DNA of 10,399 nucleotides from a virus (Monodnaviria; Loebvirae; Hofneiviricota; Faserviricetes; Tubulavirales; Inoviridae): IMG/VR virus record IMGVR_UViG_2609459774_000002; one strand, 5' to 3'. Shown piece by piece: positions 7,186 to 10,399 of this stretch (position 1 is its first letter; each line of letters starts with the position of its first letter). The notes under the pieces were generated by a model. It saw only the letters and a program-made list of their open reading frames with translations, ran no database searches and was not told where the DNA came from. The position numbers and the translations under genes were made by a program.

Positions 7186-7197
7186 AATGACCTCTGA

Positions 7198-7222
7198 TAA
7201 AAAAGGGGCGCACGGCCCCTGT
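7198..7222 (-). terminator. Rho-independent terminator between gpVIII and gpIII (GC stem GGGGC / GCCCC then T-run on the minus strand)
   Basis: Hairpin followed by a T-run immediately after the gpVIII stop, as with the post-gene-VIII terminator of Ff phages; exact run length uncertain. Confidence 0.5.
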
Positions 7223-7240
7223 ATTATTAATTAAACAGCA

Positions 7241-7516
7241 TCAGGAAGATGCCATTCTGAAGAGGGATTTAACTACGCGGAAACCAATCATTAAAGAAAC
7301 GCCAAAGCCCAGTAAAAGAAATGCTGCGGTTCCCACCACGCCCAGCGTTGACAAAATGGAGTTCACCACCGGGTCAATCATTGCTTTACTGATAACTGCC
7401 TGTCCGGGGGTATAACTCACATCATCAGCCAGAACAGGACCGGACGCCAGCATCAGGGAAGATGCAATGACCAGAGGTTTTTTTACGAACGTAACTGCTT
7501 TTTCACGAACAGACAT
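7241..7516 (-). CDS. gpVIII-like major coat protein precursor (91 aa; signal peptide + acidic N-terminus + TM + basic C-terminus)
   Basis: MSVREKAVTFVKKPLVIASSLMLASGPVLA (leader) then DDVSYTPGQ...GVVGTAAFLLLGFGVSLMIGFRVVKSLFRMASS; AGGAG RBS 8 nt upstream of the internal ATG at 7516; the track ORF start at 7618 is a spurious 5' extension. Confidence 0.8.
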   Translation of the reverse strand: MSVREKAVTFVKKPLVIASSLMLASGPVLADDVSYTPGQAVISKAMIDPVVNSILSTLGVVGTAAFLLLGFGVSLMIGFRVVKSLFRMASS

Positions 7517-7536
7517 AATATATAACTCCTGTATTA

Positions 7537-7695
7537 TTACAAAAAAGATGAAAAAAGTGTTTTCGTCAGGGAAAACACATACCCGAAGCCAAAACCGGCA
7601 AGCCAGCTGATAGCCCATATACCAAAAAGTGCAACAAGCGGAGGATAAGAACCCACGCCGGATATTGTCACAAGAAAATTTGCCTCAGAAAGCAT
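7537..7695 (-). CDS. gpIX-like small hydrophobic minor coat protein (52 aa)
   Basis: Hand-translated MLSEANFLVTISGVGSYPPLVALFGIWAISWLAGFGFGYVFSLTKTLFSSFL; ATG begins 3 nt after the gpVII stop in a different frame; position matches Ff gene IX; longer than M13 gpIX. Confidence 0.5.
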   Translation of the reverse strand: MLSEANFLVTISGVGSYPPLVALFGIWAISWLAGFGFGYVFSLTKTLFSSFL

Positions 7696-7697
7696 TA

Positions 7698-7799
7698 TTA
7701 ACGCCTTCCCGTAATGACTCCGCCAATAAAAGCCAGTGAAAATATCAGCACTGGCACAGCACCAAAGAGAATAAGAACGAAAAATTCAGTCGTGAGCAT
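7698..7799 (-). CDS. gpVII-like minor coat protein (33 aa)
   Basis: Hand-translated MLTTEFFVLILFGAVPVLIFSLAFIGGVITGRR; same length as M13 gpVII with a similar C-terminus (GIIAGGQR); not in the ORF track because it is short. Confidence 0.55.
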   Translation of the reverse strand: MLTTEFFVLILFGAVPVLIFSLAFIGGVITGRR

Positions 7800-7809
7800 A
7801 TTTCAAAAA

Positions 7810-9685
<1,876 letters not shown>

Positions 9686-9898
9686 ATGAAAAAAGAAACA
9701 AAGCGCGGAGACACAACCGTAAGGATTAACGAAAACAGAAAACTGGAGCTAAAACGAAGAGTGCTGGAAATCGGTAATAAAACAGGTGAGCTACTAAAAC
9801 CATCAGAGATAGTAAACCACTTAATAGACAACTACTTAGATGATGCGGTGAAAGATCTAATAAGCAAAGAAGAACTTAAGAAAAAAAAGGCAATGTGA
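9686..9898 (+). CDS. Small divergent regulator, ribbon-helix-helix-like (putative phage repressor/immunity protein)
   Basis: 70 aa; N-terminal TTVRINENRKLELKRRVLEIG fits a beta-strand plus helix RHH pattern; GAGG RBS upstream; divergent from Rep, like rstR-type regulators. Confidence 0.45.
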   Translation: MKKETKRGDTTVRINENRKLELKRRVLEIGNKTGELLKPSEIVNHLIDNYLDDAVKDLISKEELKKKKAM

Positions 9899-9984
9899 TC
9901 CCTTTTCCTGCATTCAGCAGACTACCCGCGAAGGATCGAAAGGATACGGTTTAACTGGAAACCCTTGAGTTTCCGTTGACTCTA

Positions 9985-10011
9985 CCCCCGTGTTACAAGA
10001 CGGGGGGTTTT
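9985..10011 (+). terminator. Rho-independent terminator (CCCCCGT / ACGGGGG stem + T-run) downstream of the regulator gene
   Basis: 7-bp GC-rich stem, 8-nt loop, followed by GTTTT. Confidence 0.45.
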
Positions 10012-10062
10012 CTCCCGGCCTGTAACACATCGCTCTCTGATGTTAATGCAGGCGCTCCGCTC

Positions 10063-10399
10063 CTCGCAGGTTGTCGTTGTCGGCGTCCTCCTCCCGTCGT
10101 CCTTCTTCGCCTCCAACCTGCTGCGGTGCGGTACGACTGGATTAAGGGCGATTCAACTTCGTTACATGGACATTTAAAAAACAAAAGCATGAGGGGAAGA
10201 ATGAACAACTGGAGTGAGATCATATTAGACCTGCTGATGAAGCACATAATAGGTGGCGCTGCGATTGGCGTGGCTATCCTGTTGTTTGCCGGAGTGATTT
10301 TTCCTGTTGCGCTGAAGATAAGGAAGCTCACTGGCAGGAAAAAACAGCGAATAAAACAGAAACTCATCAGTTAAGGCCAGTGCGCACAATGACGTTATG
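10063..10399. repeat. Direct repeat copy 2 (pyrimidine-rich tract + small membrane protein gene + start of a dif-like site), runs to the window edge
   Basis: Aligns with 2178-2500; the final 25 nt GGCCAGTGCGCACAATGACGTTATG match the start of dif-like unit 1 at about 2473. Confidence 0.8.
10201..10374 (+). CDS. 57-aa single-TM small membrane protein, copy 2
   Basis: Same protein as 2299-2472 with one S-to-T change; RBS GAGGGG upstream. Confidence 0.55.
   Translation: MNNWSEIILDLLMKHIIGGAAIGVAILLFAGVIFPVALKIRKLTGRKKQRIKQKLIS

Noticed and set aside
7517-7618. 5' extension of the gpVIII ORF (125-aa version starting at 7618)
   Set aside because: The extension overlaps the gpIX-like gene in another frame and has no RBS; the internal ATG at 7516 has an AGGAG RBS and yields a classic leader-plus-coat protein.

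Overview
This window is almost entirely filamentous-phage (Inoviridae, Ff/CTXphi-like) prophage DNA, with all morphogenesis genes on the minus strand and tightly packed. One complete unit of about 7.9 kb (roughly 2178-10062) reads, on the minus strand: an acidic 65-aa ORF translationally coupled to a rolling-circle Rep, a 111-aa protein in the ssDNA-binding slot, then gpVII, gpIX, gpVIII, gpIII, gpVI, a frameshifted gpI (Zot-like) and the gpIV secretin. A small RHH-like regulator is divergently transcribed upstream of the Rep. Downstream of gpIV lies an intergenic region with two tandem dif-like forked-hairpin sites, which I interpret as XerCD-type attachment sites. A second, different element occupies 1-2177: a divergent 62-aa ORF, an Ff gpII-type initiator, a canonical gpV and an AT-rich 87-aa ORF ending at the window edge. 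The two units are separated by an imperfect direct repeat of about 0.3 kb (2178-2472 and 10063-10399) that carries a conserved 57-aa single-transmembrane protein gene on the plus strand. The most interesting points are the tandem array with swapped replication and immunity modules, the repeated small membrane protein, the gpI frameshift at a homopolymer, and several small ORFs of unknown function. All protein-family calls come from my recollection of reference sequences (M13 gpI, gpII, gpV, gpVII, gpVIII, E. coli dif); no database search was run. Hand-derived coordinates may be off by 1-2 nt, especially near homopolymer runs.
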